A stretch of DNA of 64,000 nt from Candidatus Cloacimonadales bacterium (GTDB lineage: Bacteria; Cloacimonadota; Cloacimonadia; Cloacimonadales; JAIOQZ01). Under the pieces are notes generated by a model, which saw nothing but the letters and a program-made list of their open reading frames with translations, did no database searches and was not told where the DNA came from. Below are positions 19,034-30,102 of the stretch, piece after piece. The DNA is taken from NCBI GenBank assembly GCA_963665815.1, contig OY762463.1:1088001-1152000 (forward strand), in the 5' to 3' direction. The position numbers were made by a program, and so were the translations under genes. Numbering within the stretch: position 1 is the first letter of the stretch; each line of letters starts with the position of its first letter.

Positions 19034-20182
19034 CTATCCTATTACAATTGCCGAATCATTTTCGGTTAATTCATAGTTTTTATCAGGGTTAATATGAATT
19101 GCATAATTCTGTTCAGGAAGTTTCGAATTGGCACTTTGCAGAGCATTCTTTATGAATGCATCAATCGTTGATCCTTCATCTGAGAAAATATCTGATATCT
19201 GCATTTTGGGTCTTTCAGTAATCAACCCGATCAATACAACATGTTCCTCACTGTAAAAATGTTCCAGAAGGGAGCTGTACTTCTGCCCTACTAATGATTG
19301 AGGTATCTTCTTTGTTATAATATTATGTTCCCGGCTGTGCACTAAATGATTGTAAAAGCTTATATAGTGACTGTTCAGAACATTGTTTGCAATGAGATAA
19401 CCCCCAAATTCTTTAAAGATAACTATGTTATCCACGCCAATCTGTTTGAGGTGAGGTTTATTCTGAATATTTATCAACTGAACAGTCAGGTGTATATCTT
19501 TGGATATGAATTTTATTGTATTCGCAACAATAATTGATCTGTCATCCGCAGATTGAATCATTAGATTAACATCAGGAAGAACAATCACGTGTTTGGCAAA
19601 TCTCACGTTCGCCCTGTTAAGTATTTCTGTTTGAGTATAATCTCCACGAATATACCCAAGGCTTAATGTCGGATACTTAGCCTCAAGATCAGTAAAAAAA
19701 TCTGGTTGAAAATCGCCTATCAAAACAATCATATCATCAATGCTTTTTTCTGTAAATGCATTAAGCATGGTTTCCACGGTTTCATTCCAACCGCAGATAA
19801 CAATGTGATTTCTTTTTTTTATCTGTTTCAATCCTTTTGCTCCTCTAAGTTTATCTTCAACCATCACAGTTGTTATTATACCTGTAAACAGGGAAAATAA
19901 TGTGAATCCAATGAATATAAGAAAAATCCCAACGATTCGACCGGCAGATGTTTTAGGTACAACATCACCATATCCAACAGTTGTTATTGTCACTATTGAC
20001 CACCAGATACTATCCATAAATGTTGAGATAGTATTATTTCCTTTAGATTCAATACTGAAAATAACAGCTGCGCTGATAAAAATCAATGCTGAAATAATGA
20101 TACCTATTAATGAAAATCTTTTTAAAGACTCATTTCGAAGTATTCTTTTTAGTCTAAAACTCGTTTTTTTCTTTTTACTCAT
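19034..20182 (-). CDS. Two-TM potassium channel with RCK/TrkA-N domain (MthK/Kch-like)
   Basis: WWSIVTITTVGYGD selectivity filter; NHIVICGWN RCK start; GDYTQTEILNRANV. Confidence 0.93.
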   Translation of the reverse strand: MSKKKKTSFRLKRILRNESLKRFSLIGIIISALIFISAAVIFSIESKGNNTISTFMDSIWWSIVTITTVGYGDVVPKTSAGRIVGIFLIFIGFTLFSLFTGIITTVMVEDKLRGAKGLKQIKKRNHIVICGWNETVETMLNAFTEKSIDDMIVLIGDFQPDFFTDLEAKYPTLSLGYIRGDYTQTEILNRANVRFAKHVIVLPDVNLMIQSADDRSIIVANTIKFISKDIHLTVQLINIQNKPHLKQIGVDNIVIFKEFGGYLIANNVLNSHYISFYNHLVHSREHNIITKKIPQSLVGQKYSSLLEHFYSEEHVVLIGLITERPKMQISDIFSDEGSTIDAFIKNALQSANSKLPEQNYAIHINPDKNYELTENDSAIVIG

Positions 20183-20234
20183 ACTAATAATCTAATTTAT
20201 GAATACTCATTACCAAATGATATGTTAAATAAGG

Positions 20235-20266
20235 AAAAACAGGCTGTCCCTAAAGACAGCCTGTTT
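20235..20266 (-). terminator. Intrinsic terminator after the giant adhesin
   Basis: AAACAGGCTGTC-N6-GACAGCCTGTTT hairpin. Confidence 0.8.
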
Positions 20267-20275
20267 CGTATATTT

Positions 20276-23200
20276 TTATTTAGATAACTTCTTAATCTGC
20301 TTCTGAGATTCGATTACTCTTCTGCTTCTCAAAGTTTCTTTCTTAGAGAATGTAGATGCTGCAGTAGTACTGTTATCAGGAACTTGAGAGTCTGCCTGAC
20401 CAGCCTGGAAGTTCGCTGCCCACAAAGTATTATCACTTGATAATACAGAGCCATCAAAGTTTATATCCTGGATATTGTAACCATCTGAAACACCAGCAGA
20501 GAAAGCAATTTTCCATTCTGTATTATCAGAAGATACTATTGATCCATCATCAACAATGTCACCTGCAGCCATACCAAATACGCCTGTTTCAACCTGGCAT
20601 ACACCAAGATTTGATGTACCTGTTGTATACGTCATATTTGAGGTAGTAAGATCAATTGTAGATTGAGTATAAGCATCTGTATAGAATGTATGTGAAGTTC
20701 TACTCATTATATTAAGGTGGTTTCTATGTTTTATAACTACAAAATAAGCTCCAGCATTAATGTTAAACCATGGAGTATCTCCATCTGATGCTGTTACGGT
20801 TCCATCGCTGTGTAAAAGCATTGATTTTCCAGTAATTGTCGAACCTGATGCTGTAGAACGGAGTTCAACATAGATCCAGTCCACAACATCCTGTGGCATT
20901 TCGTCAACTGACTCTGTGTCATATGGTGATGTTAATGGTAAATACTGATTAAGAGCTGTATCCATCATTTGAGTTGATGAATCATAAGGACCTTGTAAAT
21001 ATACATTCATTTTTGAGTATATTTTTGTGATTGTAGGCATTTCACCATTAGTCTCATCATAAAGAATCCAGTCAGAATAGGTTGTTGTTGCAATAGCGGA
21101 AACTCTGTTTTCATCAGGATAACAGGTTATCAGTGAGTTTGCAACTTTATACCATGCTCCATTCTGATATCGGTATAATCTGAGGTTAGTTTCATCCAGA
21201 TTTCCAACTTCAGCATCGGAGTAATAGTAGTTGAATGTTGTAAACAGAGACCCGTTATTTTGAACAGGCATCACTGAAAGTACACGATTAACAACATATT
21301 GTTCGTATCCATCAGGGATATCCATGTGCTTCTGATTTTCCATGACAGCCATTCTTATTCCCATTGGATTAGCACTGAAACTACTTACAACAACTGTTGC
21401 AGCAGTATCACCAGCAGTTGCTTCAAATGCAGGTATTATCTCTCCTGCTGAATTATCAGCATTTTCATTCAGATATACTTTAACAGCGTCTGAATAAGAT
21501 GTACCTGAAGCATTTGTTGCAACAATCATTGCATAGTAGAATGGGTTCGATAAACCTGTAAATTCATACTGATTAAATGTTCCATCAAGGTTCACAATCT
21601 GCTCAGTAGTGTTGAAATCAGGCTCTGTTGATATTTTTACTTCATAGTTAGTGTTATCTGTGTTGTTTGATGCAGCCCATTCAAGTATGAATGAAGTGTT
21701 TGTAATCATATACATTCTTGAATAGAATGCTGTGAACTCAGGGCTTCCATCAGCATTTCCATATCCATTAACAGTCAGGGTCTGATTTGCTGCACCATTT
21801 GTTGAATGCACAAACTGAGCTGTAAACGTTGAATTTACATTCGGTGTGAACTTCACATATACTGTCTGATCAACTAATCCGTTAACTGGTGTAACATCAA
21901 TGCTCTGAGTATATCCTGTGCTGTAATCAGTTGAGATCAGATAACAGTTTGAGTCAGTTGTTACATTAACATCACCTGTTGCATCATAAGCACGCAGTCT
22001 GTAGCTCTTGATAGTGCTCGCATTCACGTCTGCAACAAAGTACTGTAAATCCTGAGGTATTACAATATTTGGAACAGGAATACCTGTACCTGTAACACTG
22101 ATAATCTCAGTAGCAGCATAATCTGCAGTATGCTCTATGTCGCCTGCATAAACTTGTGCTGCAGTTGGTATGAATTTCAGATCAAGCGTTTTTTGAGATA
22201 AAACTCCAAGTGAGTCAGGAGTGAATACAAGAACGCCATCAGACACTCTTGTATGGTTTACACTACTTGTGTTTTTACTTGTTTTTGAGTTTGTTCTGCC
22301 TGTGGAAACAGTTGAATATAATGAATAACCTGAGGCTGTTGAAGAGAGAGCTGTTGTTGCAGCATTCTCAACTAAGTCAAATCCTGAAGGAATGTTAATC
22401 TGAACATCTGATGTAAGATTTACAGCGGATATTGTATATTGTCTGATACTGCTTTCAGAACCAACATATACATCACCAAAATCACCATCAATGGCACTAA
22501 GGGAAATACTTGCTGCTCCAAGAGCTCTACCGCGAACTGCAACATTTTCAGTTGTTACATAATCAGCAGAGAACTCAACTGAACCTGCAAATATACTCGC
22601 AGTTTGCGGTGCAAAACGTACATATAATAATGTTGAGATGTCACCATTTGCATCCGGTGCAATATAGAAACTTCCTGTTGTGTATATTCCACCCTGTTCC
22701 GAAATTTCATAACCATCAGGTATTGTAACCAGAAGACTGTCTGTCAAATCCTGTGCATTTACAACAATGATTGAACTGTCAGAGACATTACCGATATTCA
22801 CATTCGGGAATAAATTCTGGAATTGTGAATCGTCAATTGTTAAAGCAGGAACTGCAAGTCCGTTTCCTGTAACATTAACACTCTGTGTAAATGCTCCGGT
22901 TGAGTTGAAATCGATAGTACTATCAAAGTTCTGAGCAGCGTCAGGAGCAAATCTGATATATACGGTTGTTTCAGTCACAGTTCCGGTTCCATCGTGGTCT
23001 ATATTGATTGTAGTTTCAGGTGTTGGAGATCCGGCAAAAGAACTGAGAGCCATCTCATACCCCTGAGGAGCAGTAATAACAATCTGATCAGAGAGATATT
23101 CTGCATTAACAGTCACAGTTTGTTCATCAGTAGTATATCCGTAAGGAATATCACCGAATTGCAATGCTGTCTGATCAACAAATATCTCTGGTTGTGTGTC

Positions 23201-26200
23201 TGTCACACGAATATCATCCAGGTAGATCGCTGAAAGAGAAGTATCATAGTTGTTATAAATTCTGAATCTGATTTTGTAACCTGAATTCAAGTTGAATCCG
23301 GTTAATGCCATACTTTCTTCAGCCCAGTCAAATGCGCCTGAACCTCTGGTGAAGTAATCATTATGCCAGGTGCCATCATATACATCAACATTGAAGTACA
23401 TCGGGAATGCACCCGGAGCATCAAATTTATACATGAAGCTTAACTGAACTGTACCTGTACCTGTATACGGTTCGAACTCAATTTCCACCTGATTTTCAGC
23501 ACCGTAGAAGTCTGTACTGCCGGACTTAAGTGAATAGCTTCCGCCTGAAGCTGTTAAGTCACTAACCTCCAGAACACCATTACCCGGTACAGTAGTAGTT
23601 AGATAATCAGGTAAACCATTTTCAAATGTTTCTTCGAAATCAAGATATCTCATCTGCTCAAACAGAGTTGAGAAAGACCACACGACTGTATTTTCTGCAT
23701 CACCGGCATTGTTGTAAGGAACAACTTTCCAGTAATATGTTGTATTATGTTCTAATCTGTTAAAGTTATAGCTTGTTACATTACCAATATCAATACCGTT
23801 AGCTATGTTAGTTGGATTTGTTGTTCCGTCACTATCAGATCCAAAGTACAGCTTATAACCATCTGCAGTATTAACTGAGTTCCAGCTTAATGTACCGGTT
23901 CTGGCAACATCAGCTTCACCAATTGTAGGTGAAACAGGAGTTGTAGCTGGCGGAGTTATAGCTCTGACTCTTATATCATCAATACAAATATCACTGTGAT
24001 ATCCGGAACCGGTGTAAGCTCTGAATCTGACTTTAATCCTGTATCCCTGCCATGGAGTAAGGTCAACGGACATTGGTAGCCAGATATCACCATAGTCTCC
24101 TGAAAGTTGAGCCATGATATCGTTATCCCATGTATCTGTATCTACATTATAAACATCCAGATTAAGTGTTCCCATCTCGTATCCGTACATGTGATACCAG
24201 AATTCGAATCCCGGATTGTTTAATGCAGAAATATCCAGAGTAGGTGTTATCATATGGAATGCCATATAATTATTACCTGAAGCTTCTGTGTATGCAAAAT
24301 AACCGTTTCCTGATGTATGGTCTCCTGATTGAGGACCTGTATCAGTTGAAGATGTATAAGTTCCAAATGACCAGTTAGCATCATCATCAGTAGGCTGAAC
24401 AAATGCAGTTGGAAGACCACCACCGTCAAAGTCTTCTGTCCATGGGAAAGTTGTAACAGGACCATAATCGGTAGTAAATGACCAGACCGGAACACTTGCA
24501 GGTTCTCCATTATTGTTATAGGGTACTATTTTCCAGTAGTGGACAGTATTTGCTCTTAATCCTGAATATGCATATGTTAAAACATCGCCTAAATCCTGAC
24601 CATTAACGATATCGGTAGGAGGATAGTCTGTGCCTAAATAGAGCTTGTATCCCGCAGCATAATCTGCCTGATACCAACTCAAATCACCACTAACTGCAAC
24701 AGCTGTTTCGCCGTCAGCAGGAGAATCTTCAAAAGTTGCATCAGGAGTAACTCCATTAATTGTAATATCATCAATACAGATATCACTCTCGTAGCTGGAT
24801 CCCGTTGTGGCCCAGAAAGTAATTATTACTTCGTGACCATCCCATGCTGATAAATCAACAGTTCTTTGAATCCAGCTTGAACCCTGATTACCACTGACAG
24901 ACCAGATATTTGAATCTTCTGTACCTGTTGTAACGTCATATATACTCACTCTTAATATACCCATGTATGTCCCATACATATGGTTCCAGAATTTCAGCAT
25001 TGGAGCTGATGTTGGTGATAAATCTATTACAGGTGTACTAATTATAAAATCTTTGTAATATACGCTACCTGAAGCTTCAGTATATATGTAATATCCTGAT
25101 CCGGTATGATCACCTGAAGGACCTGTACCTGTAGAAGATGTACTGCCATATTGCACTGTCCAGTCATCATCATCGTTTGTACTTTGCACCCAGCCAGTAG
25201 GGAGAGTATTACTATCAAAGCTTTCTGTGTATGGAGCTGCAATGGCAGTTGCCTGTCTTGTCCTGAATGTCCAAACCGGTCCTTGAGTTGTCATTCTGCT
25301 GTAAGCATTATGAGAAACTACCTGCCATTGGTATTCAGTATCTCCGCTTAAACCTGTAAGCTGATATGATCCTGTAGTTCCTACGGTTGCACCGGTAACT
25401 ACTTCTGTCATATTTCCTGATGACCCGAACCATAAATCATATGTTTCAGAGAGTGAACCAAAATCCCAGGTTAAAGTCAAATCTATAGGTTGATATTGAG
25501 CCATATCGGCTGGAACAGGATTTGCCGGAACTGAAGGATAGTTGGTTGTGGTTGTGAATGTATAAACAGGACTACTAGTTGTAGCTGTGGTTTGAGTGTT
25601 ATGTAGAACAATCTGCCATTCGTAATCCGTTGTAAAATTAAGGTTAGTATATGAATAACTTCCTGAAGTTCCAGCTGTAGCTCCTGTTACCGCCTGAACC
25701 ATATTACCCTGTGGACCGAACCACAAATCATAAGTTTCAGTTCTGTCACCGAAATCCCAGGTAAGGGTTCCGTTAACATCTACATCTGCCGCATAGTCTG
25801 CAGGATAAAGATTTGTAGGAGCTTCAGGAGTAATTGGAACAAAGACTTCGAGAGCATAATCTTCAACCTCTCCATAACTCGTGGTACCGCAAGGAGTGCC
25901 CGAGTATGAACTATAGTTTGATCTCACTCGCATCATCACAATACCTGTGTTTGCAGTTGAAGGTACGGTGATATTATCTGTAACGTTGATAACTGCGCCC
26001 GACCCTAATGCATTGCGCTCTGTGCTATCGAAAGTTCCACTTTGATCCCAATCACACCAAACTTCAAAACCCTGGTTGTATCCCCAGCCATTGATAGATA
26101 TTGAATATGTTTGTCCTTTTTCTACAGTTGTACTAAACTGTCTTGAGTAATTCGTATAGCTATCACTTTCTGTAGAGCCTGTACTATTTGATATTCCATT

Positions 26201-27211
26201 GAAAGAGACCTGAGATATTCCCATGTAATGTCCATTACTTATATCGGCAATCCCTGCATCACAAAATGAATCAGATACAAAGTTTGTAGCAACATCAAAA
26301 GAATACTCCATATTTCCGTTGTTATCACCATAAGACCAGGCTTGAAAGTATATTGTTTCATTACCCAGCATAGTAAAGTTAACAGCTTCATTATTTCCGA
26401 AATAAAGAACTTCCCCACCACCGGTCAGAACATCACCTTCGGAATAAGTTGTTCCATCTACAGGAGTACCAAATGTAGAACTTGTGGACCATGCAACCAG
26501 AACATCATCATTGTTAGCATTGTTGCTCCATGTAAGTTCTGTATCATATGGATTCAAGTAAGATGCAGTAAATCCTGTAGGTACTGACACAGATGATACT
26601 GAACTGTTAAATGATATATTATCGAGATACAAGTCAGGACCGTAACCTGAATAAGCATGAAATCTCACATATATTGTCTGATTATCATAAGCTGACAAGT
26701 CTACATTTGCTGTCGTGAATGATCCTGGAGAAGTGTTTCCGGCACCATCATTAGATTCAAAAGCAGTACCTGTTCTGGTCCAGACCGTTGTCCAGTTTGA
26801 CATGTCTGTTGAAACCTGAACATCAAGCCTGTCATTGGGATATGATGAATGATAATGGTGAGACCAGTCAAAATCAAGTGTTGAGTATGTGCCGAGTATA
26901 ATATCGGTTGAAGTCATATCAGAGAAATATCCCTCTGACCATCCCCAGAAATTTGCATAGGCGATACCACCGCTTGAATCTTCGTCCCAGTCATAATCTC
27001 CGGTAATTGTCCAGTCAGACAATGGCCATGAAGAAAAATCTTCAGTCCATGGGAATGTTGTTATTGTTCTAGTTGTCAATGTTTGCATTGAACTTTGCCC
27101 TGTGTCCCTGTTTGGTGGAGCTACCGGTTGTTTTCCCAACAGTTCATCGGTAACTTGTGCAGAGAGCAGGAAAATTGAAATTACAAAAATTAATGTTATT
27201 ACTTTTTTCAT
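20276..27211 (-). CDS. Giant secreted multidomain adhesin-like protein (jelly-roll/MAM, GEVED, FN3, Ig-like repeats, C-terminal dockerin-like region)
   Basis: Signal peptide; GEVEDY motif; two MAM-like units (TGP..GDHT..GY..YTEAS...HMYG..MG...DICIDDI); FN3 repeats (YWKVVPYN); C-terminal VYLQGPY...DWIYVELR...HRNHL...GDIVDDGSIVSSD...DINFDGSVLSSD. Confidence 0.85.
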   Translation of the reverse strand: MKKVITLIFVISIFLLSAQVTDELLGKQPVAPPNRDTGQSSMQTLTTRTITTFPWTEDFSSWPLSDWTITGDYDWDEDSSGGIAYANFWGWSEGYFSDMTSTDIILGTYSTLDFDWSHHYHSSYPNDRLDVQVSTDMSNWTTVWTRTGTAFESNDGAGNTSPGSFTTANVDLSAYDNQTIYVRFHAYSGYGPDLYLDNISFNSSVSSVSVPTGFTASYLNPYDTELTWSNNANNDDVLVAWSTSSTFGTPVDGTTYSEGDVLTGGGEVLYFGNNEAVNFTMLGNETIYFQAWSYGDNNGNMEYSFDVATNFVSDSFCDAGIADISNGHYMGISQVSFNGISNSTGSTESDSYTNYSRQFSTTVEKGQTYSISINGWGYNQGFEVWCDWDQSGTFDSTERNALGSGAVINVTDNITVPSTANTGIVMMRVRSNYSSYSGTPCGTTSYGEVEDYALEVFVPITPEAPTNLYPADYAADVDVNGTLTWDFGDRTETYDLWFGPQGNMVQAVTGATAGTSGSYSYTNLNFTTDYEWQIVLHNTQTTATTSSPVYTFTTTTNYPSVPANPVPADMAQYQPIDLTLTWDFGSLSETYDLWFGSSGNMTEVVTGATVGTTGSYQLTGLSGDTEYQWQVVSHNAYSRMTTQGPVWTFRTRQATAIAAPYTESFDSNTLPTGWVQSTNDDDDWTVQYGSTSSTGTGPSGDHTGSGYYIYTEASGSVYYKDFIISTPVIDLSPTSAPMLKFWNHMYGTYMGILRVSIYDVTTGTEDSNIWSVSGNQGSSWIQRTVDLSAWDGHEVIITFWATTGSSYESDICIDDITINGVTPDATFEDSPADGETAVAVSGDLSWYQADYAAGYKLYLGTDYPPTDIVNGQDLGDVLTYAYSGLRANTVHYWKIVPYNNNGEPASVPVWSFTTDYGPVTTFPWTEDFDGGGLPTAFVQPTDDDANWSFGTYTSSTDTGPQSGDHTSGNGYFAYTEASGNNYMAFHMITPTLDISALNNPGFEFWYHMYGYEMGTLNLDVYNVDTDTWDNDIMAQLSGDYGDIWLPMSVDLTPWQGYRIKVRFRAYTGSGYHSDICIDDIRVRAITPPATTPVSPTIGEADVARTGTLSWNSVNTADGYKLYFGSDSDGTTNPTNIANGIDIGNVTSYNFNRLEHNTTYYWKVVPYNNAGDAENTVVWSFSTLFEQMRYLDFEETFENGLPDYLTTTVPGNGVLEVSDLTASGGSYSLKSGSTDFYGAENQVEIEFEPYTGTGTVQLSFMYKFDAPGAFPMYFNVDVYDGTWHNDYFTRGSGAFDWAEESMALTGFNLNSGYKIRFRIYNNYDTSLSAIYLDDIRVTDTQPEIFVDQTALQFGDIPYGYTTDEQTVTVNAEYLSDQIVITAPQGYEMALSSFAGSPTPETTINIDHDGTGTVTETTVYIRFAPDAAQNFDSTIDFNSTGAFTQSVNVTGNGLAVPALTIDDSQFQNLFPNVNIGNVSDSSIIVVNAQDLTDSLLVTIPDGYEISEQGGIYTTGSFYIAPDANGDISTLLYVRFAPQTASIFAGSVEFSADYVTTENVAVRGRALGAASISLSAIDGDFGDVYVGSESSIRQYTISAVNLTSDVQINIPSGFDLVENAATTALSSTASGYSLYSTVSTGRTNSKTSKNTSSVNHTRVSDGVLVFTPDSLGVLSQKTLDLKFIPTAAQVYAGDIEHTADYAATEIISVTGTGIPVPNIVIPQDLQYFVADVNASTIKSYRLRAYDATGDVNVTTDSNCYLISTDYSTGYTQSIDVTPVNGLVDQTVYVKFTPNVNSTFTAQFVHSTNGAANQTLTVNGYGNADGSPEFTAFYSRMYMITNTSFILEWAASNNTDNTNYEVKISTEPDFNTTEQIVNLDGTFNQYEFTGLSNPFYYAMIVATNASGTSYSDAVKVYLNENADNSAGEIIPAFEATAGDTAATVVVSSFSANPMGIRMAVMENQKHMDIPDGYEQYVVNRVLSVMPVQNNGSLFTTFNYYYSDAEVGNLDETNLRLYRYQNGAWYKVANSLITCYPDENRVSAIATTTYSDWILYDETNGEMPTITKIYSKMNVYLQGPYDSSTQMMDTALNQYLPLTSPYDTESVDEMPQDVVDWIYVELRSTASGSTITGKSMLLHSDGTVTASDGDTPWFNINAGAYFVVIKHRNHLNIMSRTSHTFYTDAYTQSTIDLTTSNMTYTTGTSNLGVCQVETGVFGMAAGDIVDDGSIVSSDNTEWKIAFSAGVSDGYNIQDINFDGSVLSSDNTLWAANFQAGQADSQVPDNSTTAASTFSKKETLRSRRVIESQKQIKKLSK

Positions 27212-27237
27212 AATTATCCTCTTCTCATTTATTTTTT

Positions 27238-28539
27238 TTAATTAAATACACCTTCTTCCTTAAGAGTGTCGCATATTTCTTTCAGTTTATACTTTTCTGC
27301 GAATTTCAGCGGAGTCCAGCCATTACTGTCTTTAGCTTTTACATCCGCTCCTTTATCAATTAATATTTTAGCCAATTCGCTGTTTCCACTTTGAATGGCT
27401 ATCATTAAAGCTGTCTGTTCGTCCTCTGTTTTAACATCGATTTGGGCTCCTTTTTCAATAAGCACAACACTGACATCATGAAGTTTTGCCCTTGCAGCAA
27501 GCATTAAAGGAGTCCATCCGTTTTTGGAGATAGTATTAATATCAGCACCTTTTTCAATAAGCTGCATGGACAAATCGTGAAGACCTTTTTCCAGACTCAT
27601 CATTAATGCATTATACCCATAATCATCAGTATGATGTATCTCAGCATTGTTTCTAACCAACTCTTCAGCAACAATTGTATCTTTAATTGCTATTGCCTGC
27701 ATCAGAGGATTCCAGTCATTTTTGTTAAATTTGTCAATATTGCAACCGGCTTTGATCAGCCTGATCGCCTTGTCTGTCAGTTTAAAGCGTAAAGCTATAT
27801 GTAAGGCGGTATCACCGTCATTATTTGTTAGATTAAGATTAGCTCCCTGATTTATAAAATAATCAAAATATTCTGATTGATTAATCTGAATTGTCATCAT
27901 GAGAGGTGTCCAGCCAAGATTCATCTGAATATCCAGATCTGCCCCATTTTCAACCAGTGCCTTTACAACTTCATCGTTAATATTCTCAACTGCATACATT
28001 ATTGCGGTTCTTCCATCATTGGAAGTAAGATTAACATTTGCATTTCTTTTAATCATAGCAAGAGCCGGTTCATTTAAATCAAGAGCAATTGCATGCATAA
28101 GAGCAGTCCATTTGTTATAATCCTGACGATCAAGCTCAATGCCACTATCGATTAATTTTAATGCTAAATCTGTATAACCTTTGTCAAGAGCAATAAATAA
28201 TGCATTCCATTGGTTATTGTTAGCTATATTCAGATCAGCACCCTTAGCAATTAACAAATCAACTATTTCCGGAAGATTCCTTTCTACTGCCATCATTAAT
28301 GCTGTCCAACCGTTCCCATCGACAATATTCACATCAAATTCAAAATACTTCATATAAGTTCTGGCATTCTGAACTCGAGAATCATTTATAGCGTTTGTGA
28401 GGTTTATCCAGTTCTTGTCATACTCAATAGTAGGTTTGATTTTCTCTTTTCTCTGTACGGATTTAGCTGGTGTTGCACAACTGACAACTGCAAATAAAAC
28501 ATATAAAAAAACAAAACATTTAACAGAACTCTTGATCAT
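27238..28539 (-). CDS. Ankyrin-repeat lipoprotein
   Basis: Lipobox-like AVVSC; about 11 ankyrin repeats (GWTALMMA, GRTAIMYA, GDTALHIA, GWTPLMLA). Confidence 0.92.
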   Translation of the reverse strand: MIKSSVKCFVFLYVLFAVVSCATPAKSVQRKEKIKPTIEYDKNWINLTNAINDSRVQNARTYMKYFEFDVNIVDGNGWTALMMAVERNLPEIVDLLIAKGADLNIANNNQWNALFIALDKGYTDLALKLIDSGIELDRQDYNKWTALMHAIALDLNEPALAMIKRNANVNLTSNDGRTAIMYAVENINDEVVKALVENGADLDIQMNLGWTPLMMTIQINQSEYFDYFINQGANLNLTNNDGDTALHIALRFKLTDKAIRLIKAGCNIDKFNKNDWNPLMQAIAIKDTIVAEELVRNNAEIHHTDDYGYNALMMSLEKGLHDLSMQLIEKGADINTISKNGWTPLMLAARAKLHDVSVVLIEKGAQIDVKTEDEQTALMIAIQSGNSELAKILIDKGADVKAKDSNGWTPLKFAEKYKLKEICDTLKEEGVFN

Positions 28540-28666
28540 ATCCTCTCCTTGGCTTCATTTTTACTTCAGTATAACAACTTGTTAATGATTTATCCATTTT
28601 AGTCAACATAAAATTGTTCAAAATATATACTAATCTACGAATATTGCCCTGTTACATAATACAATG

Positions 28667-29935
28667 TTATAAATATTTCTTTAAAAACTCCAGATCATTA
28701 TTTCTTGAGTTCAAAACAATTGCATTGACACTAATTAGCATATTGTAAAAAGGTTGAAGTCTTTTGATTACATTTTCCATAATAAGCTGTTCCCTGCTGC
28801 TTATACTTTTTATGATATCACGAAGTGAAAATTTACCGTTCAAATGACTTATGAATTCTTTATATAAAGAATCATTCTTGATTTTCAGAACCATACCGGA
28901 TATCGTTTTCAACTCAATAATCCTGCCAGAACCGGATAAGGTATCTGATAAAAGCTGCCTGTACTGATTAAACAGCAATGGAATGTTTTCAACATTATTC
29001 AGATTCACTCCAACATGCTTCTTCATAGAAACATAAAATCCATGAGTTTTTATCCTGCATGACAGCAATTCTGCTACTGCGTATTTCTGAAACTCAGACA
29101 TTTCATTTAATGAGCTGAGAAGTTCTCTATTTCCTATATGAAACTCTGGATAATAACTGAGTTTTTTGTCTTCCGGGAAATCGACAAAATTCAGCCCGTT
29201 TTTCTCCATTAAGTTCAATATTTCGTCAATTCTGTATGCTCTGTCCTGTGAATGAAGAAACATATCATAATATCCACTGTCACCGTAAATCTCGAAATCT
29301 TCGTTATCTTCTTTCAGCAGAGAGAATAGATTTGATTCAGGCAGATCATTCACAACAGCTTTTGTAAGCTCTACTTTGTTCTCCTCGTTATGAGCAGATT
29401 GCCTCAAGAGTCTCATCAATTCCTGTATAACATATACTCCGGTTCTACCGGAATTTGCATAAACCATAATTCCCGCACAACCATCAGGTTTCAGCATCTG
29501 TTTGATAACTTTTACTCCACCTGCCGGATCCTCAAGATGATGAAGAACACCGACACAGTTCACGTAATCAAACAATCCAAGATTAAGTTTCGGGACATTG
29601 AATATCGAATCGTTAAAAAATTTTATATTATTAAGATTCCGTTCCAGAGCTCTTGCTTTGCATATCTCAATGCTTTTTTCACTAAGATCAACATGAATGA
29701 CTTCTCCATTAACCGGTTTCAATTGCTCTGCCAGAAAAATGGTTGCATCACCTGTACCTCCACCCAGCACAAGACATCTGAAGTTTCTGAAGTCTTGACT
29801 TCCTGCATAACAAAAATGATTCAATCTTAATAAATTATCCGGGACTGTAAAAATCAGGCGTTTTCTTTCATCTTCAGGTTCTCTTGGAGGATACGGAAAT
29901 TCTTCATACTGTTTTCTAACTTTCTTCAGATACAT
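28667..29935 (-). CDS. Class I SAM-dependent methyltransferase
   Basis: QYEEFPYP, motif I LVLGGGTG, VDLS, FDYVNCVGVLHHLEDP. Confidence 0.88.
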   Translation of the reverse strand: MYLKKVRKQYEEFPYPPREPEDERKRLIFTVPDNLLRLNHFCYAGSQDFRNFRCLVLGGGTGDATIFLAEQLKPVNGEVIHVDLSEKSIEICKARALERNLNNIKFFNDSIFNVPKLNLGLFDYVNCVGVLHHLEDPAGGVKVIKQMLKPDGCAGIMVYANSGRTGVYVIQELMRLLRQSAHNEENKVELTKAVVNDLPESNLFSLLKEDNEDFEIYGDSGYYDMFLHSQDRAYRIDEILNLMEKNGLNFVDFPEDKKLSYYPEFHIGNRELLSSLNEMSEFQKYAVAELLSCRIKTHGFYVSMKKHVGVNLNNVENIPLLFNQYRQLLSDTLSGSGRIIELKTISGMVLKIKNDSLYKEFISHLNGKFSLRDIIKSISSREQLIMENVIKRLQPFYNMLISVNAIVLNSRNNDLEFLKKYL

Positions 29936-30102
29936 GCTCTGTCCTTTTAATTTATTGCCAGTTAAATAATCATTACTGCCTCATGATAGTAAAGGAAATT
30001 TTTCAATAACTTTAAAAATACTATCAATTTATTACTTGACTTAAACTTAGTGGAATAAATCCTGTGTTTTCATATAAACAGGTAATTTACAAGGAGAATA
30101 TA

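Noticed and set aside
20199-20210. ATGAATACTCAT imperfect palindrome upstream of the K+ channel as a TetR site
   Set aside because: Too short and AT-rich to distinguish from chance.
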